A program made the position numbers and the translations under genes. Under the pieces are notes generated by a model. The model was given only the letters and a program-made list of their open reading frames with translations, was not told the origin of the DNA and ran no database searches. A stretch of 64,000 nt of DNA from Eledone cirrhosa (Eukaryota), in the NCBI GenBank assembly GCA_964016885.1, contig OZ024746.1, positions 65,100,001 through 65,164,000 of the forward strand, read 5' to 3'. Positions 1 to 12,784 of this stretch are shown one piece after another. Each line of letters opens with the position of its first letter. Position 1 is the first letter of the stretch.

Positions 1-1390
1 ACGAGAATGAAACGCGTAGATTACTTCCCTTGCTTTTATCGAGAATCTAATTGTAATACGTGACGTATTCTATTCTATAGCGATTAGGTCTTCAAAATGT
101 TTATTATAAACATACAGAATATTTTCGAATATTCTATGTCTATATTCACATATATATCGCTATTTCAGAGCATTTATTCCAATTTCTAATTTCTGCCGGA
201 CCGGCAACCGCTCTTTCAAACCAGTTCCTGTACACAGCTAAGTATTCTATAAGTCTCTAGCTGTGTCATTCTCGATAAAAGCACTGGATATGTAGTCCTG
301 ATGATTTCTAACGAGAATGAAACGCGTAGATTACTTCCCTTGCTTTTATCGAGAATCTAATTGTAATACGTGACGTATTCTATTCTATAGCGATTAGGTC
401 TTCAAAATGTTTATTATAAACATACAGAATATTTTCGAATATTCTATGTCTATATTCACATATATATCGCTATTTCAGAGCATTTATTCCAATTTCTAAT
501 TTCTGCCGGACCGGCAACCGCTCTTTCAAACCAGTTCCTGTACACAGCTAAGTATTCTATAAGTCTCTAGCTGTGTCATTCTCGATAAAAGCACTGGATA
601 TGTAGTCCTGATGATTTCTAACGAGAATGAAACGCGTAGATTACTTCCCTTGCTTTTATCGAGAATCTAATTGTAATACGTGACGTATTCTATTCTATAG
701 CGATTAGGTCTTCAAAATGTTTATTATAAACATACAGAATATTTTCGAATATTCTATGTCTATATTCACATATGTATCGCTATTTCAGAGCATTTATTCC
801 AATTTCTAATTTCTGCCGGACCGGCAACCGCTCTTTCAAACCAGTTCCTGTACACAGCTAAGTATTCTATAAGTCTCTAGCTGTGTCATTCTCGATAAAA
901 GCACTGGATATGTAGTCCTGATGATTTCTAACGAGAATGAAACGCGTAGATTACTTCCCTTGCTTTTATCGAGAATCTAATTGTAATACGTGACGTATTC
1001 TATTCTATAGCGATTAGGTCTTCAAAATGTTTATTATAAACATACAGAATATTTTCGAATATTCTATGTCTATATTCACATATATATCGCTATTTCAGAG
1101 CATTTATTCCAATTTCTAATTTCTGCCGGACCGGCAACCGCTCTTTCAAACCAGTTCCTGTACACAGCTAAGTATTCTATAAGTCTCTAGCTGTGTCATT
1201 CTCGATAAAAGCACTGGATATGTAGTCCTGATGATTTCTAACGAGAATGAAACGCGTAGATTACTTCCCTTGCTTTTATCGAGAATCTAATTGTAATACG
1301 TGACGTATTCTATTCTATAGCGATTAGGTCTTCAAAATGTTTATTATAAACATACAGAATATTTTCGAATATTCTATGTCTATATTCATA
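1..1390 (+). repeat. Tandem array of 310-bp HHR-containing units (non-LTR retrozyme-like family A), ~4.5 copies, runs off the left edge
   Basis: Unit restarts at 1, 311, 621, 931, 1241; copies near-identical (one a>g seen at 774); ends in (TA)n. Confidence 0.95.
292..334 (+). ncRNA. Minimal type I hammerhead ribozyme, family A (also 602-644, 912-954, 1222-1264)
   Basis: Stem I gtagtc/gattac; core CUGAUGA 298-304; stem II ttct-aacg-agaa; GAAA 319-322; palindromic ACGCGU stem III; GUA site, predicted cut after 328; flanking 16-bp helix 268-283/341-356. Confidence 0.88.
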
Positions 1391-1491
1391 TATATATATA
1401 CTTAGGTTAGTAGGAGTTAGGTATTATATACCCGTGTCCCGTTAAGGTATTGGCAGCATAATAATTAGCTCTATGCTTTGGAGCAGAGCCG

Positions 1492-1798
1492 TATATATGA
1501 AAAAGAACACAAGAGCGTCTACAACATCAACAGATTTTTATTGGCTAACAATGTTTCTTCCTTACGTAACCGTAGGATTCGTCAGAGCTATAAAAGGGGT
1601 TTGATTGGTGTTATGGACTCTACCAACCAAACACCCAAGAACACTCTTTACTCTCTGTTCTTGGGTGTTTGGTTGGTAGAGTCCATAACACCAATCAAAC
1701 CCCTTTTATAGCTCTGATGAATCCTACGGTTACACGTAAGGAAGAAACATTGTTAGCCAATAAAAATCTTTTGATGTTATAGACGCTCTTGTATTCTT

Positions 1799-1810
<12 letters not shown>
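1492..1810. mobile_element. Fold-back (inverted) PLE-type terminus with an HHR in each arm
   Basis: Arms ~1492-1643 and 1656-1810 are reverse complements around a 12-nt loop; next to (TA)n. Confidence 0.75.
1704..1766 (+). ncRNA. Type I hammerhead ribozyme (mirror copy on - strand 1536-1595, core CUGACGA)
   Basis: gct-CUGAUGA(1714-1720)-stem II tcctacg/cgtaagga-GAAAC-auu-GUU-agc, with ttttat/ataaaa extension of stem I. Confidence 0.7.
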
Positions 1811-1832
<22 letters not shown>

Positions 1833-1836
<4 letters not shown>

Positions 1837-1985
1837 CATCTGCGCAAATTCCATCTACTAAAGTTCAGTCCAACGACATTGCTTAACCCGTTGCTATAGC
1901 AGAAGACACTTGCTCAAGTTATTACGCAGAGATTGAACTCGGAGCTGTGTATTTATGAACCAAACCTCTTAACCACATATCCATA
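1833..1985 (-). mobile_element. Degenerate tRNA-derived SINE (octopus-type, 'cttgagcaagtgtcttctgctatagc' core); related head at ~2275-2372
   Basis: Minus strand shows A-box/B-box-like head followed by a core resembling a SINE I recall as abundant in Octopus. Confidence 0.6.
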
Positions 1986-3117
1986 TCTACGAATATATAA
2001 CAACCTTGCCAGTGTCACAACAGTTGGTTAAAATGTAGCAGAAAGTATTTATTATAGAATGGTCTTTGTAAAAGATAATGCTTTTGTGTTATGTCACCCG
2101 GTGTATGATGGGTCCTCCGTCGGTTTCGATGACGATAATTCCCTGTTCGGTGAACTGAACGTTCGTCTCATTAAACAGATATTTTGAAATTACAAGTACA
2201 ATCCATCCGACGTGCTTCCTGACATATTCTGCCTCCTGATCTTGCCTCACAATGCTTGGATAGGCCCGAGACGGTAATAGTAAAGATTCCTGCCCAACAT
2301 GCCACGTAGTGGGATCAAATCTGGAACCCCAGGTTTGCAAACGAAACTCTTAACTACGCAGCCACGTCTGGGTTCATGTTCATCACTCTTGCCTAATATA
2401 ACTCACCACAAAACCAAAGGAAAGGCTGTAAAATTAACGTGTGTTAAGTCGACCTGTAGTGTTGAGATAAATTCCTTCAGTGGTGAAAGACATCCACTCA
2501 AAGAGAGGAAATGTTAATGCCATATTTGCTAAAAGCTAAATGAAATCGTAGATCACAACCAGCTCGATTGGTGTATCAACTGTATGGCTAAGAGGATATG
2601 CGAAATAACTCAGGGGTGCTGTCTGCATAATAAACATACATTTGTTAGTCTCATATATGTAATATAATGAGTTAAAAAACTTTGATCAACTAAGATTAAT
2701 CTTGCAATAAGAAAACAAAACTCACTCTAGTAGTATTAGGTATCTATAAACAGCAAGCTAGGGAGATGACTCAGAGTCAATATTTTTGGAAAATGAGAAC
2801 TAAGCAGGAAATGTTTCTATCTTATTAGATCTCCTCAGTGAAGCATATTCAGCTCAGTTTTCAAGACTATGTATATTATGTATGAGATGATCAGTATATA
2901 TAGAAATAGAGATAATTTAGTAAAAGTGATTATTAATATTAATAATATGATTGATGGAAAATGCCACAGAGGAATAGGTACTAAATACACATAAGCTACT
3001 GTATCATATATATAGTGAGTTGAGCGTCATAAAGCTATTTTAGGTGAAACACTCCTATATATAAACAGCTGACGTTCAAAATTTGAACCTTGAAAGTAAA
3101 GTGTCGTGCAATGTATA

Positions 3118-3126
3118 TCTTCTTCT

Positions 3127-3173
<47 letters not shown>

Positions 3174-3245
3174 TTCTTCTTCTTCTTCTTCTTCTTCTTC
3201 TTCTTCTTCTTCTTCTTCTTCTTCTTCTTCTTCTTCTTCTTCTTC
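3118..3245 (+). repeat. (CTT)n microsatellite
   Basis: Direct reading; gives the poly-E/L/F ORFs. Confidence 0.98.
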
Positions 3246-3428
3246 TATCCAGTACAATACTCTGTAATATTCGGCTGTCAAATCAAACCAACAAATTTAA
3301 ATTACTGATTTGAATTACTGCTAGGGTACCCATGGCATGAAACACAGAGTTTAATGCATATTTGATCCTCCCTTTTATTGCATTGTAATTTTCTGCTGGT
3401 TACTTAAAACAATATTATTCTCTTTCAG

Positions 3429-3600
3429 TGACATATATTGGGTGTTTTCCTGACAACGATCCTCCACGTGCATTAAATGGTCGCCAGAGATATGTAACGA
3501 CGAAAATGACATTGTTTCTATGTTTCAGCCATTGTTCCGGTTTTAAATATGCCGGTCTACAGAATTCAATGGAATGTTACTGTGGTAACACATATGACAG
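3429..3600 (+). CDS. WSC-domain protein, exon A (WSC1 N-half)
   Basis: tttcag acceptor, gtttgt donor; TYIGCFPDNDPPRALNG...MTLFLCFSHCSGFKYAGLQNSMECYCGN matches the WSC pattern; phase 1 to 2. Confidence 0.9.
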
Positions 3601-4296
3601 GTTTGTGCTTATTAATTGAAAATGACACGAAAGTTCTATCTTTCTAAGATAAGATAACAAAAATTTCTTCATATGGAAGTTTGTATTTATTAAAATCCTC
3701 CGACAATACCAGAGCTGAGACATGATCAAAGCTTAAATAAAGAATTGTTTATAATTTGAATAAGCGAGAAATGTTGGTGCATAAATTAAATATCTTTGTT
3801 GTTTTGTCCAAGATGAACCAGCCCGTATTTCTTTCAAGTGTATGTGGGATTATATTATGTAAAGTGTCCATCCCATTTTTTTAGACAATAGGATTTGATT
3901 TAAAGGACATTTAACTGCAATTTCTAGCATGTCGATTGATCGAATAGCCAGAATAGGCAGAATAGGCAGAATAGGCAATACACCAGAAAATTGCAAAGGA
4001 AAGAAAAAAACGTGAAAGTAAATTTAATTGAATAACTTATGATAATATTGATCCGTTTAACCTAAGAGAAGGCGTTCCAACCATGACCATTCTGTATTTT
4101 GTACGCTACATAATGTGCTCTTTTTAAGGGCGGTAGCAATTTGATTTGAAGAAGATTTGGCTGTTAGCTTGAGTTAGATTTTGTTGTTCGAGAACATAAA
4201 CAGCCTTACATCTGGTTGTTTGGTACATTATTGGCCTTATCCTTTACGCTCCAAATCTCAGCTTATATATTGTTACCTTATCTAATGCAGCAAGAG

Positions 4297-4575
4297 TGGA
4301 GACACGTGGCCTAATGGTAGACTTACGATCATAATGTCGTGGGTTCGATTCCTGGGTTACGTGTTGTTATTCTTGAGCAAAACACTTCATTTCACGTCGC
4401 TTCAGTATACTCAGCTGAAAATGAGTAGCAGCAATAGCTGGGGGTTTAACCCTGCGATGGACTGGCGTCCTATCCAGGGGTGTGTCTTGTACTCTCAGTC
4501 GCTTCACGCCATGAAACCGGGATATCACCGGCCAAATGTGCCTTCTGTCTTAAGACAGACTTTAGACTTAGACTG
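4297..4575 (+). mobile_element. tRNA-derived SINE with CORE-like segment and 'ccctgcgatggactggcgtcctatccagggg' motif; related head at ~9315-9430
   Basis: A box tggcctaatgg, B box gggttcgattcc, (agactt)n tail. Confidence 0.7.
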
Positions 4576-5052
4576 ATGAAGCGAGTAGAAACAACTTAAT
4601 TAGAATCAATCGTGTGACGAGGAAAATACGACGGTAGCTAAATGATGATGTTAGTTTAATCATATCCCTAAATATGAAAGACAACCCTGGATATATTTTG
4701 ATCTTATTAGATCTCAACAAAATATTGACTTCACCGTATTTCTCAAAGTAGTGATGAGAGAATTACTAGAAAGATACACAAGAATATAAACAAGTAGGCG
4801 AAATAATTAGATTAATAACTCATTTATCAAACTGTCTCTGTCCTGGACTACATCATTATTTCTGATTAGATATTTAACTGTCACTGCATTAAATATGGTA
4901 ATACTGACATAATTATTGATTTCCATGCAGATGGCGTGTCTACGTAATTTACATATTTTATTTATTGTTTAAGAGATTGTTCGGTTTATTCTCGTTAGCA
5001 ACATTTATTTTGACTCTTATTCTTTACACGTTCTTTGCATCTTTTCAATCAG

Positions 5053-5186
5053 ATATGGAAGTCTTCATGCCGGTCAGTGGAAATGCAATTCTCCGTGTGC
5101 AGGGAATGCTAGCGAGATCTGCGGTGGGGTCATGCACAACTCCGTTTACCGGAGAGAAAATGACATTAGAGAAAGCTTAACAATAG
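5053..5186 (+). CDS. WSC-domain protein, exon B (WSC1 C-half)
   Basis: atcag acceptor, gtagt donor; YGSLHAGQWKCNSPCAGNASEICGGVMHNSVY; phase 2 to 1, in frame with exon A. Confidence 0.9.
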
Positions 5187-6399
5187 GTAGTACATTTTTA
5201 TCGATTCCCTTTTAACTTCTTACATTTGAATAAACAAAAATGGGAAAAGCGTACGGTGGACGAAAAACAAATAGAATGATATGATGTACATTAATTTACC
5301 AGCGTAAGAGAATTAAACTGGATTCAACTGGGAATCGAAGCCCAATAATGAACTTGGTTTTACCGGAGCTTACCTCCCTATTTATGCTATAAATCGTATG
5401 TTTTGTTTCTTTAATACTCAGAACTTCGATGCAGTCACTCAATATGCTAATAAATTGCAATTAAATCTTCCTCAAATCACACGGAAGGGTACCATAAAAA
5501 ATATACTTTCTGGTATGTAAAAAAAAAACGGCTGACCATGGCTAGAATACTTTTTGTGATTATAGAACTACCGAATAAGGACTGACCTTAGTTTAAACAA
5601 CCACAACAGCCACCTATATCTTATATACCGGCAGGTGCTTATTCTACTTAATAGTTAACCCAATTCTAGCTGTATGTATATTCATAATTTCATAGCTAGT
5701 CAGTTGGTCTGCTGTCAATCGCTTCTTTGTCTACTGTGGCTTCTTCTGAAACGAGGTCTGTGAGAAATACTGGCTACTGAATCTTCGAGATGAGTCTGTT
5801 AACACCTCTACTTTGGGTTTGGACTATATGCCCGAGTATGACTGGTAATAAAAATAGAAAGTCATCCCATCTATCCTGTATGACAAAAGGCATCCATCCG
5901 TTAGTATAGCATATGGGCCAAAGCAATGTCTGGTCTGAAATTGTATGACGTAGCACATTGTTTAAAGCGAGTGATTTTGGGCTATTGGGTCAGGTGATTT
6001 GTTCAAATGACGATTATGTAGTCACGAATGCTGACACCAGCCCATCTAGTGTTACACAATTATTCGCAAAAGCAAACTGCTCATCTTTTAGGCTACATCA
6101 GAGTCCCTGTAGTTCCGTGTGTGTAACATGTATTACAGTCCCAATATATAACCCCTTTTACGACAATTAATAGTATTGATACACAAAGACTAAACAGGTT
6201 ACGTATTTCCTTCCTAATTTGTTGTGATTTTCAAAAGAAACATTAATTACAAATAATTCTTATTGTTAAATCATTAATGCCTGACAAATGGTGAAAGTAG
6301 AAGTCGTATTGGTAAAGTTTTACCTTGAATTGAAGTATCTATTACTATCCTGAGAACTTTTTCCTTTTGATTGGGGATTAAAACGCATGCACACACACT

Positions 6400-6495
<96 letters not shown>

Positions 6496-6528
6496 AACAT
6501 TTATATATGTACTTATTTATATTTGTAG

Positions 6529-6804
6529 AAGGAACATATCTTGGATGCTGGCAAGATTCTTTACCAAAGCGAACACTACAGGGATCTGTTTTAACATCTG
6601 ATAGCATGACTATTGAACGCTGTTTGACATTTTGTATAAATAATAATTACGTATACGGTGGTCTACAGTTCGGTATGCAGTGTTTTTGTGGAAACCACTA
6701 CCGTTCTCGTCAACTCCCAGAGATTAATTGCAATGAACGGTGTACAGGTGACAGCGCAGCATTCTGTGGAGGAAGCATGGCAAACTCTGTTTTTTACGTT
6801 CAAG
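6529..6804 (+). CDS. WSC-domain protein, exon C (complete WSC2)
   Basis: GTYLGCWQD...MTIERCLTFC...YGGLQFGMQCFCG...CNERCTGDSAAFCGG; tandem tag/aag acceptor, gtattg donor; phase 1 to 1. Confidence 0.9.
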
Positions 6805-7139
6805 GTATTGGTGAAAAATTGCTTTTTATATTTATTCGTCTATTATTTTATCCTATTATTTAGAATTCAAAATAAAGTACCAGTCACTCACTGGGGTCGA
6901 TTTAATCGACTTTTCTCTTCCTCCAAAATTGATGGCCTTGTGCCTATATAAGAAACCATTATTTAAAATTCAAATACGACGGATTGGCTGTAATGATAAA
7001 ACCACAGATGAAATCCCTTGCAGTATTTTCTCATGTACTTTTACACTGGAATCCCGTCGATGCTATTCAAATTTTGTCGGTCTGGACTTCGTCATTCTTC
7101 CTTTAAAAGTCGATAAAGCAATTTTCACTGTAACATGTA

Positions 7140-8400
7140 AACGTAAATTTCGTAGGGTAGACTATCCAAACTAGGCGATTTGCTTCTTGTGCATCCGGTC
7201 ATCTCCTTACGTATCTCAGTGGGTGTTATCGGCTTTTAGCAAGATCCTTCTACCATGGTCGAGAGCCGCTGCAGGCAGTCGAGGTAGGTAGTATAGTCCA
7301 TCTCGCAATCCGGCCTACTACCTTTGCCGCACGCATCTGCTTCGGTTTGAATAACATATGTTCATCGTGGTTCACTAAAGAACGGATTGTGGCGTTCTTG
7401 CCACGCCACGCCGCCACAATTCGGGTTCATCGAACGACTTTCTTCCACTTGTGTTTAAGAGCAGGCTTCTCCCTAGCTTTGATAACGCGGCCTTCGTGCT
7501 TTGCATTGAGAGCCAATAACGCTGCAAGCCTGTCAGTTGCATTGCCATTCATGAAAATCTCTTCTAGCTTTTTAACTAGCTCACCTAGTTTAGTTTTCTC
7601 TAACACTAGTCCTTTACTAAGCCTTATTGATTCTACTCTAATCGGCCTTTTCAGGGAGAATCGCTATTTGTTGTTGACGATTGTTCCCATCAACACCCGC
7701 TTAACTAATTCACTAATCCGGGCGACGAACGGGTGACGATGGACATCGGAGTGTACTTCTTAAGTGGTCGTGACTCTCAACCAGAGAGGCAGAGTGCTGC
7801 CAAAATGTGATTTTACCAGCCAAAGTGGCGGACATCCTGAGTCGCTGTGTAAAGGATAAATCACCCGATCTGGTTAAGCTGTCCTACAAGCTGTATTTCC
7901 GTGTGCCACATTTATTCGTTACTGTATTGGAAGCCTTAAACTGGAACCGAGTGCTGTAGCTGGATGCAAACTGGGAGCATTCTTTGACTTTTGTCAGAGA
8001 GTGGTGAAACTGTTGAGAAAGGACCCAATCGGCGAAGCGCTAGACCAGTCAAAAGCTTTAAACAAGATTAACCAGCGCTACCTGGAGGCCGTAAAAAAAC
8101 AACAAAAAAAAACAACAGAAAAAACAACCGGTTTTGGTCCTGTTTTCAGAAGCTGGATTGTTACATTACCTACATCATCTCGGTGGTTTACTACCGCCTA
8201 ACCAACGTGTCCTGTCCCAAGAAATATTTGTACTACCACCGAAACATCGTGTCTTGTCTTAAGAAACATTAGTGGTCACACATTGGTCTTGTACTGCGAG
8301 AATCAGTCCTTCTAGTTCAGCTTTTAGTTCAGAACTCCTGAGCTATTGTTGACTTACAATTTGACACTTCTTCTCTGCTGAGCCTTGCGGAGAATTATCG
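7140..8400 (-). mobile_element. Decayed L1/Tx1-type LINE ORF2 fragment (intronic)
   Basis: Minus-strand translation near 7140-7235 gives KPITPTEIRKEMTGCTRSKSPSLDSLPYEIY, matching the PIT..EI...KSPG.DGLP.EFY motif before LINE RT; stops present; boundaries approximate. Confidence 0.6.
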
Positions 8401-8479
8401 TAGATCAGTGTGTATCTTCATTTTGTCTTTAGTATGTTTTGTAATTCGGTTTTCATGTTTTGTTGTCTCTTTAACCAAA

Positions 8480-8776
8480 CTAGCAGAAAAACCACCCCTC
8501 GGGTGGTTTTCTGCTAGCATGTGTAGTGTGTATATTGATATTATACGCAAGTATATATACATGTAGATATGATACATTAAATAAAATCGTAATTGACAAT
8601 ATATAATACATAGAAATTGAACGAAGACTGTGTTACACTGTCTTATGTAATCAGTAACGTAATCCATAATACATTAAAAAAAGACGATATTATATATAAA
8701 CTGCATTAGGAGAAAATTAGTGACGGAAAATTAGTATGTTTATTTAAGGGATCACCACCGGAAGTGTTGACATTTC
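8480..8776. repeat. Interspersed repeat with terminal hairpin plus CTAG (Helitron-like end); second copy ~19219-19617
   Basis: ctagcagaaaaaccacc-cctcg-ggtggttttctgctag hairpin at 8480-8517; body matches 19219-19617. Confidence 0.5.
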
Positions 8777-8965
8777 AGAAATTTTAAAGAAGTGAATCTT
8801 TACATAAACAAAATATATTTAATGAACAGCCACGATATTTAGTAGATAAATTATGTAATATTCATTCATTATTTATTCAAAGTAATGAATGAATATTACA
8901 TAATTTATTTACTAAATATCGTGGCTGTACATTAAATATATTTTGTTTATGTAAAGATTCACAGA

Positions 8966-9153
8966 GAGCGGTGGATTGGCAGTATCGGTAGAGGGTCGGA
9001 CGCCATGCTTTCCAGCATAGTTACGTCCCTTTACGATCTGAGTTCAAATCTCGCCGAGGTTGACTTTGCCTTTCATCCTTACGGGGTCGATAAAATAAAG
9101 TACCAGTAATGCACTGGGTAATTGCTGGCCTTGTGCCTAAAGTAGAAACAATT
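8966..9153 (+). mobile_element. tRNA-derived SINE with Deu/Nin-like core; other copies ~13098-13293(-), cluster 16130-16870(+), 17980-18100(-), 22490-22705(+), 34055-34220(+), 46790-47012(+), 55662-55852(-), partial 6865-6962
   Basis: Shared 'gagttcaaatcccgccgaggttaactttgcctttcatccttacggggtcgataaaataaagtaccag...gctggccttgtgcc' and (att)n tail. Confidence 0.85.
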
Positions 9154-10215
9154 ATTTATTCAAAGTAATCCAACTTATTTTACAAACGAGATAAAAAAAA
9201 AAATAAACCGAACGCAATCACGTAGACCTTCCTTTATTATAGTTTAGATGTGATGTGTTGTTATCTAACATTATTGCTTCAGATTATTTTATTTGTTGTT
9301 TCCACTTTATTGTTTGCGTGTGGCTGAGTGGTTAGGGAATTGGATTCGCAATCGTGAGTTTGTGAGTTCGATTCCCGAACGGGGCGATGCATTATGTCCT
9401 TGAGAAAGTCACTTTTCACGTTGCTCCTTCTATCCGGTGTTGCGACCAATAGATACTATTTGCAATTGGAAAGACCAATGGCAATATTGTTTCCTCGGTC
9501 CGATTTGACGAAAGTCGATCACTTTCGATATAGAGAAAAGATTATTTTCCATGTTTTTTTGTTACATTTATTTGTCTTCCTCTTGTATTCGAAGTAGGCA
9601 CATTCAACCTATGTCTACTTTGGAGTAATAGCTTCTGTATACTATCAACAGTTTCCTCGTTTTTCTATCTAAATATTTCAATTCACTCACGAGCTTCAGT
9701 CGCAATTTTCAAACCAAAAAACAACTTTTCCAGCGCATCTCTTTTACCATCGTCCGGGGAATCGCCTTCTCCATTCTGTCCGCCGGGGCGGGGGGGGGGG
9801 GGGGGGGGGGGCAGAACGTGGGGCCTCATTTGGTGTCCATACGGAGAGATGGGGATGGTGAGAGGGATGGAGGTGATGAGAGTGGGAATTCGGCTCTTCC
9901 ACGTTTTTTTGTGGTTATGTTCATTAAAGAGTTAATGAGTCTGTTCATGTATAGACTCAATAGTGTACATTGTGTATAAGATCCCATTCTTACTTCATGG
10001 TTCTGTGATTTAGCAAGAATGCATTTGTCTGGAAAAACAATTGCTCCAACATTTAAAAAAATGTTTAACAAACAATATAAAGAAATAAAATAAAAGTATT
10101 TTACGGACCTTAGATTAAGAATGTATTTAAACTCGCTCCATTGATTAGCTTTTATGATATAGTCATGGAATCACTAAGATGGTTATTGCATAAATTTTTT
10201 TTATTTATTTTACAG

Positions 10216-10359
10216 AATACACAAACCAAAGTACGGCGAAAACAGTTAGCAGCAGTGACAAGCTTCAAACAAATGTGCTTCCAGTAGAAGAGGCTCAACC
10301 AACTTACACAGCTCTACCAATTCAAAATGACGTTAATGGCTCTTCTGTCCCTAACAAGG
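10216..10359 (+). CDS. WSC-domain protein, exon D (S/T/P-rich linker)
   Basis: ttttacag acceptor, gtatga donor, 144 bp, phase 1 to 1, open: YTNQSTAKTVSSSDKLQTNVLPVEEAQPTYTALPIQNDVNGSSVPNK. Confidence 0.75.
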
Positions 10360-10881
10360 GTATGATCCATTTTTAGTTTATCTATACACCTTGACCAAAT
10401 TATTTCGTCGCTGCCTTCAGGTTTAGCGGGCATTGTTGTTTTTTTTCGTAGAAGCCCTTTCGCATATACTGCGAAAACATTTATTAAATTCTCTTATATA
10501 TTTTATTTGCTTCATACACTATATATATTACGTAAGTTATCCAAAGTGTGTGAACTGAGAAAAGAAAACTTGAAATCCCCTTTATCTTTAATTTAGGCCA
10601 AATTACTTCTATCTTTCCTGTAACTTTCACTAATCTAAGAAGGGAACAGTGTTTCTTTTGGTATGTAGACTGTTTCTCTTCGTGGTCTTTCTTGAGCTAT
10701 GCTAGTCTACCATTTTAGGGATTGCACTGGAGATAATCAGAAAGTAATTACTTCTTAAGTATGATACAACCAGCTCATAGGATATTGTTTTCTTCATTCT
10801 TGAGAAATTCCTTGATTTATTTGATTTGGTTAAATTTAGAGGATATTTTCTGAGTGACACCAGAATGTATGTATGTATGTA

Positions 10882-11379
<498 letters not shown>

Positions 11380-11986
11380 TGATCGGAGCGTCGGAGACTA
11401 AACTGGCAACTCCACCAAGCTTGCTTGATAAGGAGGGTGATATTTGGACGCTCTGCGGGATGAAATACAAGACCTTGCAAAGGACGGAGGGACTCGGCAG
11501 AGTCAACGGACATCCAAATAATACATTTTTTTTCCTGGGAGTGAAAGGACCCCAGTTGTTGTCACAACACCTTCCTCGGAGAGGGAAACTGAAAAACAAA
11601 ACAAAAAACCCGCGGCTTCGAAAGCATCCGATGATGTTGACCAGTTCTCCTTTTCGGGTAGTGTTTTTGATGCTCAGAGAGTGGGATTGGTCGAGTGCAA
11701 GACCTTTCCCCATTTAAAAAACCTTCAAAACACAGGCATCGCTTGTTCAAGATCTGTTACAGGTTCGTGTGGCTGGCCGTAGCCTAAAAGCGCACCATTT
11801 TCTGTAATCTGACAAGCGATTCCAATACTCTTAGCAGAGTTTGCAGCCATCATGTATGTATGTATTTTCTTCTGCTTTTAATATTTTATAAATGTTCACC
11901 AATAGAGAGATAGTCGGTTTCTAAAATAGAAACCAGACGCTTTTACTGAAATTTAGGCATTAACTAGGTAAATACGGACGTATGTC

Positions 11987-12090
<104 letters not shown>

Positions 12091-12468
12091 CGTGTATGTG
12101 TGTACATGTATGGATGTTATTGCATGTGTGGATCTGTATGTTTTGAGTTATATGTGTACACGTGCATATGTATCTATTCCTGTGTATATGCAGTTATGTA
12201 TGTATACATGTATGTATGTAACTCCGAAATAAAACCTGTGGCTCAATAGTTACCGATGATGTTGATCTTTTTTTCTTTTCGGGTTATAGCTACTGTCGCT
12301 CAGAAAGTGGAATTGGCTCAGTGCACAGTCTTTCCTCACTTGAACAAAAAAAAACAAAAAACTTCACGCATAGGTATTGCACGATAACATTAATTAATAA
12401 TTATTATTAATGTTATATCGTGCAATGGTCATACTCGATAACGAGGGGGTAGCCATCATGTATATATG

Positions 12469-12784
12469 CAGGGGTTCTCAACCTTTCTTTCGCCGTGGAC
12501 CAGCAAAATAAGTAATTTTTTCCTGTGGACCACCTAAACTTTTAAATCTTTTAAATCAGTAGATGTTTATTTTCAATGAATTAGAAAATGCTATTATCAT
12601 GTCGCAGTGCCTAAAAATCTTCGCAAATAAACAGCTGAAGTCGTACTTATGCGAAGAATAAGAACAGCGCTTTAAGTCAAATGCATGGATCAAAAAAGAA
12701 TTTGCTATTGAAAATTTTCTGCGGACCACCTGAATTTTCCTGTGGACCACTAGTGGTCCACATGGACCAGGTTGAGAACCCCTG
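12469..12784. mobile_element. Non-autonomous hAT-type MITE
   Basis: TIRs caggggttctcaacct / aggttgagaacccctg; perfect 8-bp TSD tatatatg (12461-12468, 12785-12792); subterminal gtggacca repeats. Confidence 0.9.

Noticed and set aside
1-1390. CRISPR-like array reading of the tandem repeats
   Set aside because: Whole units are identical with no unique spacers, no cas genes, eukaryotic context
2089-2340. 83-aa minus-strand ORF as a LINE RT fragment
   Set aside because: Overlaps a SINE head and has no convincing RT motif
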